NCBI GenBank assembly: GCA_005239925.1
Contig: SBBA01000218.1
Location: 1-50,883, forward strand
From: Candidatus Troglogloeales bacterium
GTDB taxonomy: Bacteria > Nitrospirota > Nitrospiria > SBBL01 > SBBA01
Reading direction: 5' to 3'
Length of the DNA: 50,883 nt
Under the pieces are notes generated by a model. The model was not told the DNA's origin. It saw only the letters and a list, made by a program, of their open reading frames with translations, and ran no database searches. The position numbers and the translations under genes were made by a program. This document shows positions 31,200-40,542 of the stretch, one piece after another; position 1 is the stretch's first letter, and every line of letters begins with the position of its first letter.

Positions 31200-32515
31200 T
31201 TCTTTTCTTCCCCCGCTGTTGGCAAATTCTTTGGAGGGGGCGTTTTCACCTCGTCTAAAAGAAAGAGTTTTCGGACCGATTCCATCATCATATTGCCGTT
31301 GGTGGAATGGGCCTCTTCTTTCAGCATGGTCAGTGGGCCATGAAGGAGTTTATTCACAATAGAATGGGTCAGGGCCTCAACCGCCTCGCGCTCTGCAGGG
31401 GTAAGTGAAGCAAGCTTGTCTAATGTTCGGGTGATTTCCGCTTCTCGAATGGTTTCGGCCTTTTCCTTGAGAGAGACAATCATGGGAATGGCATCAAGTG
31501 ACTTGTACCAACGCACCAATTGTTCGGTTTCCTGGGTAATGATCTCTTCCGCCTTAATGGCCTCCACCTCACGCAGTCTTATGTTGGCTTCGACGGAAAG
31601 CTTCAGGTCGTCAATATCATACAAAAAGACGTTATCCATTTTGTTAATGGCAGGGTCAATATTACGCGGAACGGAGATATCAATAAAGAAGATCGGCCTA
31701 TTTTGTCGCGCCGCTATGACCTTGGCGACCTCTTCCGGCCCAATCAGATAATGTGGCGCCCCGGTAGAGCATAAAACAATATCCGATCGAGACATTTCGG
31801 CGACAAAATCCTCAAACCGGACGGGGATGCCGTTATATTCTGAGGCCAATTCCAACGCCCGTTCATAACTGCGGTTGGTTACCAGGATGGAGGAAACGCC
31901 ATTCCCCAGAAAGTGACGCGCGGCCAGCTCGGCCATCTCTCCCGCGCCGACCAGCATGACCGATTTTTGATGTAGTTTTCCAAAAATCTTTTTAGCAAGT
32001 TGCACCGCAACAAAGCTGATTGAAACAGCGTTTTCTGCAATCTTCGTCTCGGTACGAATCCGCTTTGCCACCGAGATTGCTTTTTTAAAGGTTTTGTTTA
32101 AGATCAGGCCAGTAGACTTATGCAACATGGCGAAATCAAAGGCATCTTTTACCTGACCCAAAATCTGAGGCTCGCCGATGACCATGGAATCCAGGCTGGA
32201 TGCCACTCGAAAAAGATGCTTCACCCCATCAGAAGACGCATAAGAGTAAAGGGCACTTGCCAGCGTTTCTTTTAGTGAGGGCTCTGCCCGATTTAAAAAG
32301 AGGTCGCAAAGAAGATGATATCCCTTTTCCGTATCGCCGACGACGGCATACACCTCCACGCGATTACAGGTTGATAGAATCAGCGCCTCCTGAATCAGAG
32401 GGTTCTGTGTTAACTGAAAAAGGGTCTTACTGATTTCTTCTTCTGAAAGCGCAAATCGTTCCCGAACCTCTACTGGCGCGGTGCGATGATTCAAACCAAC
32501 AAGGATGATATTCAT
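31196..32515 (-). CDS. hemA: glutamyl-tRNA reductase
   Basis: GLNHRTAPVEVRE, STCNRVEVY catalytic Cys, GAGEMAEL NADPH motif. Confidence 0.95.
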   Translation of the reverse strand: MNIILVGLNHRTAPVEVRERFALSEEEISKTLFQLTQNPLIQEALILSTCNRVEVYAVVGDTEKGYHLLCDLFLNRAEPSLKETLASALYSYASSDGVKHLFRVASSLDSMVIGEPQILGQVKDAFDFAMLHKSTGLILNKTFKKAISVAKRIRTETKIAENAVSISFVAVQLAKKIFGKLHQKSVMLVGAGEMAELAARHFLGNGVSSILVTNRSYERALELASEYNGIPVRFEDFVAEMSRSDIVLCSTGAPHYLIGPEEVAKVIAARQNRPIFFIDISVPRNIDPAINKMDNVFLYDIDDLKLSVEANIRLREVEAIKAEEIITQETEQLVRWYKSLDAIPMIVSLKEKAETIREAEITRTLDKLASLTPAEREAVEALTHSIVNKLLHGPLTMLKEEAHSTNGNMMMESVRKLFLLDEVKTPPPKNLPTAGEEKK

Positions 32516-32528
32516 ACGAGGGCACCCA

Positions 32529-33365
32529 CTACATCAGGGTGACAAAGATAAAAATGACGCCGACAAATCCAATAATTGCCAGGCGCGCTGCTCGTCTTGC
32601 CCGCCAGCCCACCGTGATGCGTCCCTGCAATACGATAAAATAAAAGAACCAGGCGCCAATGGCCAAGACCTGCTTTGGATTGTTGGAGGACCAGAAGGAA
32701 CCCAGGGCGTACTGCGACCAGAGGGCGCCAGAAATCATCCCCAGCGTAAACAGGGGAAACCCTAAAAATAGCGCCGTTTTATTCCATTGATCCAGAAGAT
32801 CAAGAGAGGGCAATTTGGTATACAGGGCATTAAGTTGTTTTGATTTTAAAAATCCTTCCTGGAGAAGGTACATGATTCCGACCACGGCAGCCATCGCAAA
32901 TGCCACAATCCCCAACAGAGCAAGGATCGTATGAACCCCTAATAGGGCGCCTTTGATGCCAGGAACAATAGGGGAGACCTCCTGAGGCAAAATGGCAACC
33001 GAGATCAAGGAGAGAAAAGCCATGGGCAGAATAAAAGAGCCCATCACGTAAACCTGATAACGAAGTTCCACCAAAAAGAAGACCAGAACAAGGGCCCATG
33101 AAAAGAAAGAGATTGCCTCGTTGAGACTGCTAAACGGCGCTTCCGCCTGCAGTCTCATGAGGAGAGCAACGGTGTGGCAAAGGAAACCCATGCCCGTTGC
33201 AATAAAGGCCAACCGTTGGCTAACTGGAAGGGAGGCTATGCCTTTAGCAGGAGTCGGTTCCTTTGAGAGGGTAGTGACCCTTTGATCCCACAGATTCAGT
33301 AGAAAAAGAAGGCAGCCCAGAAAATAAAAGAGAAGCGTTAATCTGAAAAATAAAATAGGGGGCAT
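32529..33365 (-). CDS. cytochrome c assembly family protein (HemX/CcsA-like)
   Basis: 8 TM segments. Position upstream of hemA as in hemX-type genes. The Trp-rich motif is degenerate (GALWSQYALGSFWSSNNPKQ). Confidence 0.75.
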   Translation of the reverse strand: MPPILFFRLTLLFYFLGCLLFLLNLWDQRVTTLSKEPTPAKGIASLPVSQRLAFIATGMGFLCHTVALLMRLQAEAPFSSLNEAISFFSWALVLVFFLVELRYQVYVMGSFILPMAFLSLISVAILPQEVSPIVPGIKGALLGVHTILALLGIVAFAMAAVVGIMYLLQEGFLKSKQLNALYTKLPSLDLLDQWNKTALFLGFPLFTLGMISGALWSQYALGSFWSSNNPKQVLAIGAWFFYFIVLQGRITVGWRARRAARLAIIGFVGVIFIFVTLM

Positions 33366-33676
33366 TACACACCCTTTAAGGGGCCGTTTTTTAAATATTG
33401 GCTTTTCATATCGGCAAGCCTGGTTTGGTTGGCTAAAATCTTAGAGGTTAATTGAGAAATGGTCTGGTCTTTCGCAAAAATGACAGGGTCTCTGTCATAT
33501 TGTTGAAAACGATTTTCTCCTAACACAGCAAAGTCCTTATTAATTTCCTGCTCTAACGCACTTGTCTTTATAGAAACTTTTACTGCCTCAACCTGCATAA
33601 ACAACCGGTTCGCCATACCCGAAACAACCTGTTGGGCCTTAAGAAGGTTCTTTTTTATTAATTCAGTCAACTTCAT
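33365..33676 (-). CDS. hypothetical small coiled-coil protein
   Basis: 103 aa. Its stop overlaps the hemX-like start (TAATG). No obvious Shine-Dalgarno and no recognised family. Confidence 0.45.
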   Translation of the reverse strand: MKLTELIKKNLLKAQQVVSGMANRLFMQVEAVKVSIKTSALEQEINKDFAVLGENRFQQYDRDPVIFAKDQTISQLTSKILANQTRLADMKSQYLKNGPLKGV

Positions 33677-33723
33677 CTTGATATTATTTATGTCTGATAA
33701 TGTATATTATGTAAATATTTACA

Positions 33724-34890
33724 TTATTCAATATTAGACTCCTCAATTTCAGAAACTTCAGAAAGAAGAACAAGCTCAAACGTTTTTCCATTGGAATTAT
33801 ACTGGAAGTCATTGAAATTAATTTTCTTTCCCCGATCCGTTGTCATGAGTCCAGCTTCAGTGAGTTGATTGAGCGTCGCTGGATAGTGATTATGCCTTAA
33901 ATAATAGAGATTCAAAGAAAACTCAAGGATGTCCTTTTGATTATTTTTTGTAAACAGATTAAATGGTTTTATGGAGTTTTCAACTTTCTCCAGAATGGAT
34001 TCTGTCCCATAAAATGAAGGAATAAAGAATGTGGCCCAAGCAATCAAAATAAAAGGAATAAGAATCGCATTGGTGAGAATCGGATGCGTGAGGACTTGTT
34101 TTACAAGGTTTAATAAAAAGAACCTTCCTCGCTCCGCTGTTAGGTCTTGCCTCTCCCTGATTCTGCCAATAGCCAGCAGCTCTATAAGACACTTGTAGAC
34201 AGGAAATGCCCCCACCCCGGTATGCCGGATAACGCCTTCTACCGTTCTTGTGCCATTAACCCATTGCGTGAGCCAACCATGTTCCTCTGCGTCAATAAAT
34301 TGGGCCAGTGAGTCCCCGCCTGTTTCAGACATAGAAAGCACGCCCTCTTCCTGAGAGGTATCAACCAGTTCAAATACGATTTCCCGATTGGGAATTTTAG
34401 ACAAAAGGATCGGCCACTCCTTCTTCTGATGGGCCTCTTCCATGAGCAGGCACTCAACCGTGGTAGGCAGGTAAAGGTCTTCTCTAAGATAGACCTCCAC
34501 CGGCTCAAATTGATAAGAACCTGATTCCCATGAAAGAACAGAAAAAACAGCCTCCTGGGTTAAGGTCTGGTTCCATTTTTTAACATCCTCTGATGTAACA
34601 TAGGCCAGGTTGATGAAGGTTTCACCAATCGGCGTCCCTTTCGGTGTTGTACGAATAGCCGCCCTGAGCTGAACAATCGATATCTTTTCAGCCAGAATCA
34701 GGGCATTGGATAGTTGCTCGTCCTCATTCCCTGAAAATGCATGGACAACATTTCCCGTAAAGAAGGAGATAGATATGACCTTCCCTCCATCTGAAAAAGT
34801 TAATCGTCCAGACTTCTTTTGGGTGGCAATCAATTGTAAAACATCAGCAATAGCGATGTCTTTTACAGATCCCTCTAATGCGAGTGCCAT
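33724..34890 (-). CDS. DUF4388 (PATAN-like) domain membrane protein with pseudopilin-like C-terminal domain
   Basis: ATG 34890 is preceded by AAGGAGG and overlaps the upstream stop (TGATG). IADVLQLIATQKKSGRLTF is the DUF4388 signature. One TM helix, then LNLYYLRHNHYPATLNQLTEAGL, which resembles the T2SS GspG-type C-domain. Confidence 0.65.
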   Translation of the reverse strand: MALALEGSVKDIAIADVLQLIATQKKSGRLTFSDGGKVISISFFTGNVVHAFSGNEDEQLSNALILAEKISIVQLRAAIRTTPKGTPIGETFINLAYVTSEDVKKWNQTLTQEAVFSVLSWESGSYQFEPVEVYLREDLYLPTTVECLLMEEAHQKKEWPILLSKIPNREIVFELVDTSQEEGVLSMSETGGDSLAQFIDAEEHGWLTQWVNGTRTVEGVIRHTGVGAFPVYKCLIELLAIGRIRERQDLTAERGRFFLLNLVKQVLTHPILTNAILIPFILIAWATFFIPSFYGTESILEKVENSIKPFNLFTKNNQKDILEFSLNLYYLRHNHYPATLNQLTEAGLMTTDRGKKINFNDFQYNSNGKTFELVLLSEVSEIEESNIE

Positions 34891-36659
34891 CAGGAACGCC
34901 TCCTTCTCCAATATAAATCAAAAAGAGAAAACCCATATAAAAAGAGCGCTATAATCAAAAAGGGTACTGACTTTTCAATGGAAAGATGTCCATGCGCCGA
35001 GATGAGAAAACGGTCCCCTGTTAGGATGAGAATAAACAGAAAATAGAAAGGAATCATTAAGGAAAAGGTCAAGCCAGGCTTTTGCAGTACCATTTGCCCG
35101 CCACCCGGAAAGAAAAATAAAGGATAAACGCGTTTGGGAAGAGTTCCACTTTTTTTGGCAATGGACGCCTTTACATCGGCGCCGCATTCTTTGCAAACGG
35201 TATGATTGGAGAATGTCTTTTGGCAACGTTCACAGGTGGCTTTAAAACAGACTGAGCAAATGGAACCAGAAATAGATTGAGAAAAATAAATTGATACACT
35301 AACAAGCCCCATACTCAGGAAAAAAGCAAGGGACATAAACTCAAGGGCTGAAAAGTCACCCACCCAGGCCTGCCATATTTGATCCATATCGCTGCTTCCT
35401 GATTCCCTGATAAGATGAAGCGCCTCTTTCCAGAGATCCAGCGTTGTAAATCGCGCTTCGACAACAGGATATTTCGGATATTCAGAGACCAGTTGAATAT
35501 AATATTTTACCTTCTCAGGATTAATTTGCTTTGTTTCTTTATACTTTTCATTTCCCTCTTTAAAGGCAAGTCGTTCATTATGGACCTGACTGATATTATA
35601 GTGAGCCGCAACATCACTGGGAGCGGCAGCAATAGCCTTTTGATAATAGTCCATCGCCTTTTTAAAATCATCCCGATAAAATGCGATATTCCCCAGGTTG
35701 TTTAAGATCAAGGCCGAACTAGGATTTTTTAGAAGAGCCTCGTCGTAAAATCGCTCTGCGTTAGCAAAATCTTTTCTATTGGCATAGTAGGCCGCTGAGA
35801 GAAAGGATGCCTTCCAATCAACCTCCGCAGGCGAAAATGAAGGCGCGGACCATAAAAATTCGCCCTGTTGATTTTTAACCATCGCATTTAAAAGCTGTGA
35901 CCGTTGCGCCGTTAAAAGGGTAAACGAGGGAATAAGCAACAGGGAGGAGAAAACAAGCCCCATCATCAAACCAATAGCGGCCTTTTTTTCAGCAGGTTTA
36001 TAAAAAAACCAGAAAAAAAACAAGCTAATCAGCAAGAACCAAAAAGGAGGTAACAAAAAGAAAAGCAAAGCTGGAACAAGAGCGATTATCAATCCAATTG
36101 TAATCGGATAAAGTTGTTCCGTGAAATGCTCCTGAAAATAATGAATCCATTGGGGAACATACAACATAAAAACATAAAAAAGAAAGGTAAGTATGCTTGC
36201 GCAAATAGCTAAAAACAAACCAACTCCAAAAATACCAATAGAGGTTGATAAAAACCAGAAATGATTAAAAGAAAGCCGAAGAGCTGCGGCATATTCGTCT
36301 AATGTTTGAAGCATTTCACGTTGGGTTTCAAACCCGGCAATATCAGACAAGAAATAGTGAGGCAAAGGCGATTTAGGAGAAAAGGTAATGGCTTTTTTGG
36401 CCTCCAAAACTGCCGTAGCCGAATCCCCTCTTTCTAAGGCCTCTTCAGCAGAGCGTAAAAGCGTGTTCACAACTAAATCAGAATGTTCAACCCGGTGCTC
36501 TTTTCTCCAAAGATCAAGCTTTCCCCCTTCAACCACCTCTTGAACAAATGGCATCTCCTTAGCCAACAAGCAAGAAGAAGAGAGGACAAAAAACAGCAGC
36601 ACGATTAGCCCAACCCTCCGAGGCTGTATAGCGCTTATTGTAGGTCTATATACGTTCAT
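34890..36659 (-). CDS. polytopic membrane protein with TPR repeats and a Cys4 zinc-ribbon
   Basis: 589 aa. Signal/anchor, about 5 TM, three TPR units (AERFYDEALLKNP...YYQKAIAAAP...), CSVCFKATCERCQKTFSNHTVCKECG, then further TM segments. Confidence 0.65.
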   Translation of the reverse strand: MNVYRPTISAIQPRRVGLIVLLFFVLSSSCLLAKEMPFVQEVVEGGKLDLWRKEHRVEHSDLVVNTLLRSAEEALERGDSATAVLEAKKAITFSPKSPLPHYFLSDIAGFETQREMLQTLDEYAAALRLSFNHFWFLSTSIGIFGVGLFLAICASILTFLFYVFMLYVPQWIHYFQEHFTEQLYPITIGLIIALVPALLFFLLPPFWFLLISLFFFWFFYKPAEKKAAIGLMMGLVFSSLLLIPSFTLLTAQRSQLLNAMVKNQQGEFLWSAPSFSPAEVDWKASFLSAAYYANRKDFANAERFYDEALLKNPSSALILNNLGNIAFYRDDFKKAMDYYQKAIAAAPSDVAAHYNISQVHNERLAFKEGNEKYKETKQINPEKVKYYIQLVSEYPKYPVVEARFTTLDLWKEALHLIRESGSSDMDQIWQAWVGDFSALEFMSLAFFLSMGLVSVSIYFSQSISGSICSVCFKATCERCQKTFSNHTVCKECGADVKASIAKKSGTLPKRVYPLFFFPGGGQMVLQKPGLTFSLMIPFYFLFILILTGDRFLISAHGHLSIEKSVPFLIIALFLYGFSLFDLYWRRRRS

Positions 36660-36779
36660 TAGAGTCTTTGTTGTGACATCTAGGTTTTTTGTGTAGATAA
36701 TTAATTTTCGTGTAACGACATCCGCATGCCCAGACCAACCAACGGGAGGGCTCCGCTCGCTTCCGCTCGTAGCGGATTA
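36659..36779 (-). repeat. family A repeat, copy A6 (inverted, lacks GC module)
   Basis: The reverse complement reads TAA|TCCGCTACGAGCGGAAGCGAGCGGAGCCCTCCCGTTGG...CCTAGATGTCACAACAAAGACTC|TAA. The left TAA is the plsY stop. The right TAA overlaps the ATG of 34890..36659 (TAATG). Confidence 0.85.
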
Positions 36780-37376
36780 AACGCGTTTTTCTTCCCCATG
36801 CAGGAGACGACGAATATTTTCCCAATGGCGAAGATAGACCAAGATAGACAACATCACGGAAAAGACAACAAACTCTATTTCCGGCTTTAAAAAAAACGCC
36901 ACAAAAGGAAGCGCCCCAAAGGCCGCAAGCGCCCCGGCCGAGGAATATTTTCCCCCATACACCCCGGCGAGCCATATTATAAACGAAATGAGGGCAATTT
37001 TGGGAGCGATACCCAAGAACACACCCAGGCTAACGGCAACCCCCTTCCCCCCTTTTAATTTTAGAAAAACTGGAAAGATATGCCCCAGTATAGTCGAACC
37101 GCCTATCAAAAGAACAAACCGCTGTTCTATCTCCAAAAGGAGGGCCGCCATTACAGGGAGCCACCCTTTAATAACATCGGCTACCAAGGTCAGGATCGCC
37201 TCCTTTTTCCCTACCACACGCAGGATATTGGTGGCCCCCATATTGCCACTTCCAGCTAATCTAGGATCAATGCCCCGACAGGCCATCGAAATCCAAAGAC
37301 CAGATGGGATAGACCCCACTAAGTAGGCGGCCCCTATCATGAAAAACAGTAAAAACATCTCCGGCGTTATACTCAT
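36777..37376 (-). CDS. plsY: glycerol-3-phosphate acyltransferase PlsY
   Basis: YLVGSIPSGLW, GSGNMGATN motifs. Confidence 0.9.
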   Translation of the reverse strand: MSITPEMFLLFFMIGAAYLVGSIPSGLWISMACRGIDPRLAGSGNMGATNILRVVGKKEAILTLVADVIKGWLPVMAALLLEIEQRFVLLIGGSTILGHIFPVFLKLKGGKGVAVSLGVFLGIAPKIALISFIIWLAGVYGGKYSSAGALAAFGALPFVAFFLKPEIEFVVFSVMLSILVYLRHWENIRRLLHGEEKRV

Positions 37377-37927
37377 CGGGCCTTAATCAAATCAAACTGT
37401 GCGCCAAATCGAATGAAATACTGCCCTGCCGATATCAACGAAAAGGTAATCGAAATCAGGAGAAGCGCAAAGCCAATCTCATAGAGGTAAAGATCAGAAT
37501 CGGCCATTAGAATAAGAAACCCCAGCGCTACACTCTGGAAAAACATCTTGTATTTCCCCAGGGATTCCGCCGCAATGACCACCCCTTGTAAAGAGGCCAC
37601 CAGACGAAGCCCTGTCACAACAAATTCACGACTAATAATAATAACGGCGATCCATCCCGGAACACGGCCTTCTTCCACTAAAAGAATAAGCACAGAAAAA
37701 ATCAAAACCTTATCGGCAACCGGATCTAAGAATTTTCCAAACGAGGTCACCTGGGATCGCCGACGGGCAATATAGCCGTCAACCCAGTCCGTTAATACGG
37801 CTATTAAAAAAAAGATGGCTAGTAGAATGGAACCGGACAGGGTGCGAAAATACGGGATATAAAAAAAGAGCACCAGGAAGGGAACCAGCAAAAGGCGGAT
37901 CAGGGTCAAAATGTTGGGTAAATTCAT
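37373..37927 (-). CDS. pgsA: CDP-diacylglycerol--glycerol-3-phosphate 3-phosphatidyltransferase
   Basis: MNLPNILTLIRL start (ATGA overlap with the upstream stop); DWVDGYIARR...GKFLDPVADK CDP-alcohol transferase motif. Confidence 0.9.
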   Translation of the reverse strand: MNLPNILTLIRLLLVPFLVLFFYIPYFRTLSGSILLAIFFLIAVLTDWVDGYIARRRSQVTSFGKFLDPVADKVLIFSVLILLVEEGRVPGWIAVIIISREFVVTGLRLVASLQGVVIAAESLGKYKMFFQSVALGFLILMADSDLYLYEIGFALLLISITFSLISAGQYFIRFGAQFDLIKAR

Positions 37928-38841
37928 GACAGCCCTTCGGGTAGAACCGGTTGTTTTGTCTTCCAGCGTTGATGCATCCAGACCCATTGATCGGGATAGG
38001 TTCGGATATGCGCCTCGATTCGGGAGGTAAATAACGCCGTATTGGCCTCAATATTTCTTTTCAAATCTCCCTCTTTAAAAAGGGAAACCGGTTTTTGAAT
38101 CGTGATACAATGGCGATTATCCGGAAGGCGCGTAATAAAAGCGATCATCGTTTTTGCGCTGGATCGAAGCGCCAGTTGTGCTGCCCCTGTAGGGGTATAG
38201 GCCTTTTGATTAAAAAAGGGCACAAAGACGCCATTTACCCTGGTATCTTGATCAATGAGCAATGCAAGCATCTCTTTCTTGCGTAAAATCTCCAGAATTT
38301 TACGGGAAGAAGAAGGCGTCCCTCGATTAATGGTTCCTACCCGAAAAAGGGCACGAAGATGAACAATCCAACGATTAATACGTGCATCATATAAAGGGGC
38401 CGCAATGGCATGAATGGGATATCCTTTATGAGCCAGGGCTGCCCCCATAAGCTCCCAATTGCCAATGTGACCGGTAATCAACAGGACACCCTCCTCCTTC
38501 GCTTGCTGTAGATACTCCTCCCCTTCCCATGAAACCAGCGAGTCGATTTGATCCGGCTTTAAGTACTGCAGCGACAAAATCTCCATTAATGATTTGCCCA
38601 GGTTCTTAAAGCTGTTTCGGATAATGCGATAGGACTGGGAATCAATCTCGGTAACCCCAAAGGCCAGCTTATAATTTTCAAACGAACGGGTGCGATATTT
38701 TTTTGATAAAAAGAAAAAAAGAAGGCCGATCCATCCACCTAGTACCGTCCCCACACGCCATGGAAGCAAACGGGTGATTGCCGACACACCCTTGAGCAAA
38801 ACAAACACAACCAGGCGGGAGACCTGTTTCATGGGACTCAT
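37924..38841 (-). CDS. lysophospholipid / lipid A biosynthesis acyltransferase (LpxL/HtrB family)
   Basis: LLITGHIGNWELMG acyltransferase box. The start is set at ATG 38841 (ATGA overlap with the kdsC stop); GTG 38853 is also possible. Confidence 0.8.
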   Translation of the reverse strand: MSPMKQVSRLVVFVLLKGVSAITRLLPWRVGTVLGGWIGLLFFFLSKKYRTRSFENYKLAFGVTEIDSQSYRIIRNSFKNLGKSLMEILSLQYLKPDQIDSLVSWEGEEYLQQAKEEGVLLITGHIGNWELMGAALAHKGYPIHAIAAPLYDARINRWIVHLRALFRVGTINRGTPSSSRKILEILRKKEMLALLIDQDTRVNGVFVPFFNQKAYTPTGAAQLALRSSAKTMIAFITRLPDNRHCITIQKPVSLFKEGDLKRNIEANTALFTSRIEAHIRTYPDQWVWMHQRWKTKQPVLPEGLS

Positions 38842-39347
38842 CCGTTGGGACACCTTTCCTGTGCCAGAAGGATCATGTCAATTAATTCTCGAACCGCCCC
38901 CTCCCCTCCCCGTTTTTGTGTGACCCAATGCACCTGACTTTTTACGGCATCAACGGCATTGGGCACGGAAACAGAGAGTCCTACGCGACGTAAAATGGGA
39001 AGATCAATCAGATCGTCTCCTATGTAGGCCATCTCTTCGTCCTTGAGTCCATGTTTGATTAAAATTTCACAATAGGTCTCGATTTTATTCGAAACCCCTA
39101 GGTAACATTCTTCGATCCCCAAATCAACGGCCCTTCTTGCCACCGACATCGTATTGCGGGCGGATAGGAATCCCACCAACAATTTCGCCTTCTTCATCAG
39201 GGCAAGGCCCAGTCCGTCGTAGATCGAAAATCCGATCATCTCCTCCCCATTCTCACTGATGTAGACAATGCCATTGGTTAGAACACCATCTACGTCCATT
39301 AACAGATAACGGATTTTCTTTGCCTTCTCGATATTTTGTGTGTCCAT
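38838..39347 (-). CDS. kdsC: 3-deoxy-D-manno-octulosonate 8-phosphate phosphatase (HAD-IIIA)
   Basis: LLMDVDGVLTNG, YIGDDLIDLP, RGGEGAVRE motifs. Confidence 0.9.
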   Translation of the reverse strand: MDTQNIEKAKKIRYLLMDVDGVLTNGIVYISENGEEMIGFSIYDGLGLALMKKAKLLVGFLSARNTMSVARRAVDLGIEECYLGVSNKIETYCEILIKHGLKDEEMAYIGDDLIDLPILRRVGLSVSVPNAVDAVKSQVHWVTQKRGGEGAVRELIDMILLAQERCPNG

Positions 39348-39369
39348 CACGGGTATTTCTATTACTAAA

Positions 39370-39530
39370 GGGCACCTCTAAAAACCGTAGCGAGCACTCA
39401 AGTGCAAGGGCTACTACGCATAGGAATCGCAATGGTCGCAGTGTATATGAGGATTCCGAGCGCCGTAGACGTCATCACGCCCGTGCAACGCAGTAGTTTT
39501 GGGCCGCGCAATAGGTTTTTAGAGGCGCTC
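39370..39530 (+). mobile_element. family B MITE, copy B3
   Basis: GGGCACCTCTAAAAACC...GGTTTTTAGAGGCGCTC. Flanks are TAAA and TAAG. The interior is near-identical to B2. Confidence 0.85.
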
Positions 39531-39584
39531 TAAGTAACCATGCCCAGTATATCATGAAGACAAGTCACCCCTGCAACTGCTTTA

Positions 39585-39601
39585 GCACACCCCTAAAAAC
39601 C
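39585..39601 (+). repeat. solo family B terminal-repeat-like sequence
   Basis: GCACACCCCTAAAAACC compared with GGGCACCTCTAAAAACC; no matching partner end nearby. Confidence 0.35.
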
Positions 39602-39755
39602 TGTTGCGCAACATAAAACCCAATCTGGGTCGAGACGTTCCCTGCCAGATGTACCCCATATTAAACGCAAGCCCCGATCATGTCTGATCCTCCCTCAATG
39701 TCGCTAACACCACTTTGACTTCAAATTCGTTCGTATGTCTCTTTTTGATCTCCAT
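39602..39755 (-). pseudogene. decayed N-terminal fragment of an IS3-type OrfA (HTH_Tnp_1-like) transposase
   Basis: Strong Shine-Dalgarno (TAAGGAG) and ATG 39755 give MEIKKRHTNEFEVKVVLATLREDQT-stop. Downstream, in another frame, comes ..YGVH... This matches the common K(R/K)xSxEFKxKVVLEALxGxxTxxELAxEYGVHPxQI pattern (from memory, no search done). Confidence 0.5.
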
Positions 39756-39783
39756 TTGAACTTCTCCTTAAAAATTATCCTAA

Positions 39784-39889
39784 GAGCACCTCTAAAAATC
39801 TAAAGATACAATTTCCTTAAATCCCCTCATCAGAGGGGGAGTAAGGAAGTCCCCCTAACAAAAGGAACATAGAGGGGGGAGAGGCGCCC
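39784..39889 (+). mobile_element. family B-related short element, copy B4 (subfamily with different interior)
   Basis: GAGCACCTCTAAAAATC...AGAGGCGCCC. The interior CCTTAAATCCCCTCATCAGAGGGGGAG resembles the B5 interior. The flanks (CTAA/TATA) do not match. Confidence 0.55.
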
Positions 39890-39990
39890 TATAGTTATAA
39901 CCTGCCTATCCAAGGCATTATAAAAATATAATGATAATAACTAACAGAACACGTTAAAGTGTCTATAATTCAATATGTTATAAATTTTTA

Positions 39991-40018
39991 TTGACAAAAT
40001 AAATTAAAAGCGTAATGT
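39991..40018 (+). promoter_or_regulatory. candidate promoter for the Fis-like gene
   Basis: TTGACA (39991-39996), 16-nt spacer, TAATGT; embedded in a very AT-rich upstream tract. Confidence 0.35.
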
Positions 40019-40065
40019 AAGCAGATCATATTTTACCGTCTTATTTCTAGAAAGGAGTGTTTCAG

Positions 40066-40509
40066 ATGAGCCAGAAGGTCTATTCCATGCCCAAAGAGCT
40101 TCATTTTATCCCTCATTTTGAGGGCCCACAACAAGCAAATAATATGGAGGTTATGTCCCATTTGAATGGCTATGTCAATACAGAGGACAAGAGTGGATCA
40201 TCCATTAATCGCAGTGTAGGCGATGGGAGTAATGGGCAGGAGCTACATTTCTCTGAACTTTTAGAAAAAAAGATTTTGGACTTCGTGCGAAAGGTAAAAA
40301 CGGGTCGGCCTAAGAATTTGTATAGTTTACTCATCTCCGAATTCGAAAGGCCTCTTTTTAGCCTTGTTCTTCAGGAGATGGATGGGAACCAAATTCGGGC
40401 GGCGGAGCTACTTGGTGTCCACCGAAATACGTTAAGGAAGAAAATAACCGAGCTTCAAATTAAAGTAAAGAAACCTGTAACGAGAAAGAAGGCACTGGAA
40501 GTAAAATAA
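40066..40509 (+). CDS. Fis-family DNA-binding protein with ~50-aa N-terminal extension
   Basis: ATG 40066, 9 nt after AGGAG. The C-terminal 95 aa parallel full-length Fis (LYSLLISEFERPLFSLVLQEMDGNQIRAAELLGVHRNTLRKKITELQI). Confidence 0.75.
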   Translation: MSQKVYSMPKELHFIPHFEGPQQANNMEVMSHLNGYVNTEDKSGSSINRSVGDGSNGQELHFSELLEKKILDFVRKVKTGRPKNLYSLLISEFERPLFSLVLQEMDGNQIRAAELLGVHRNTLRKKITELQIKVKKPVTRKKALEVK

Positions 40510-40542
40510 ATTGAGGCTACCCTGAAGGAGGAGGGGCGCCCT

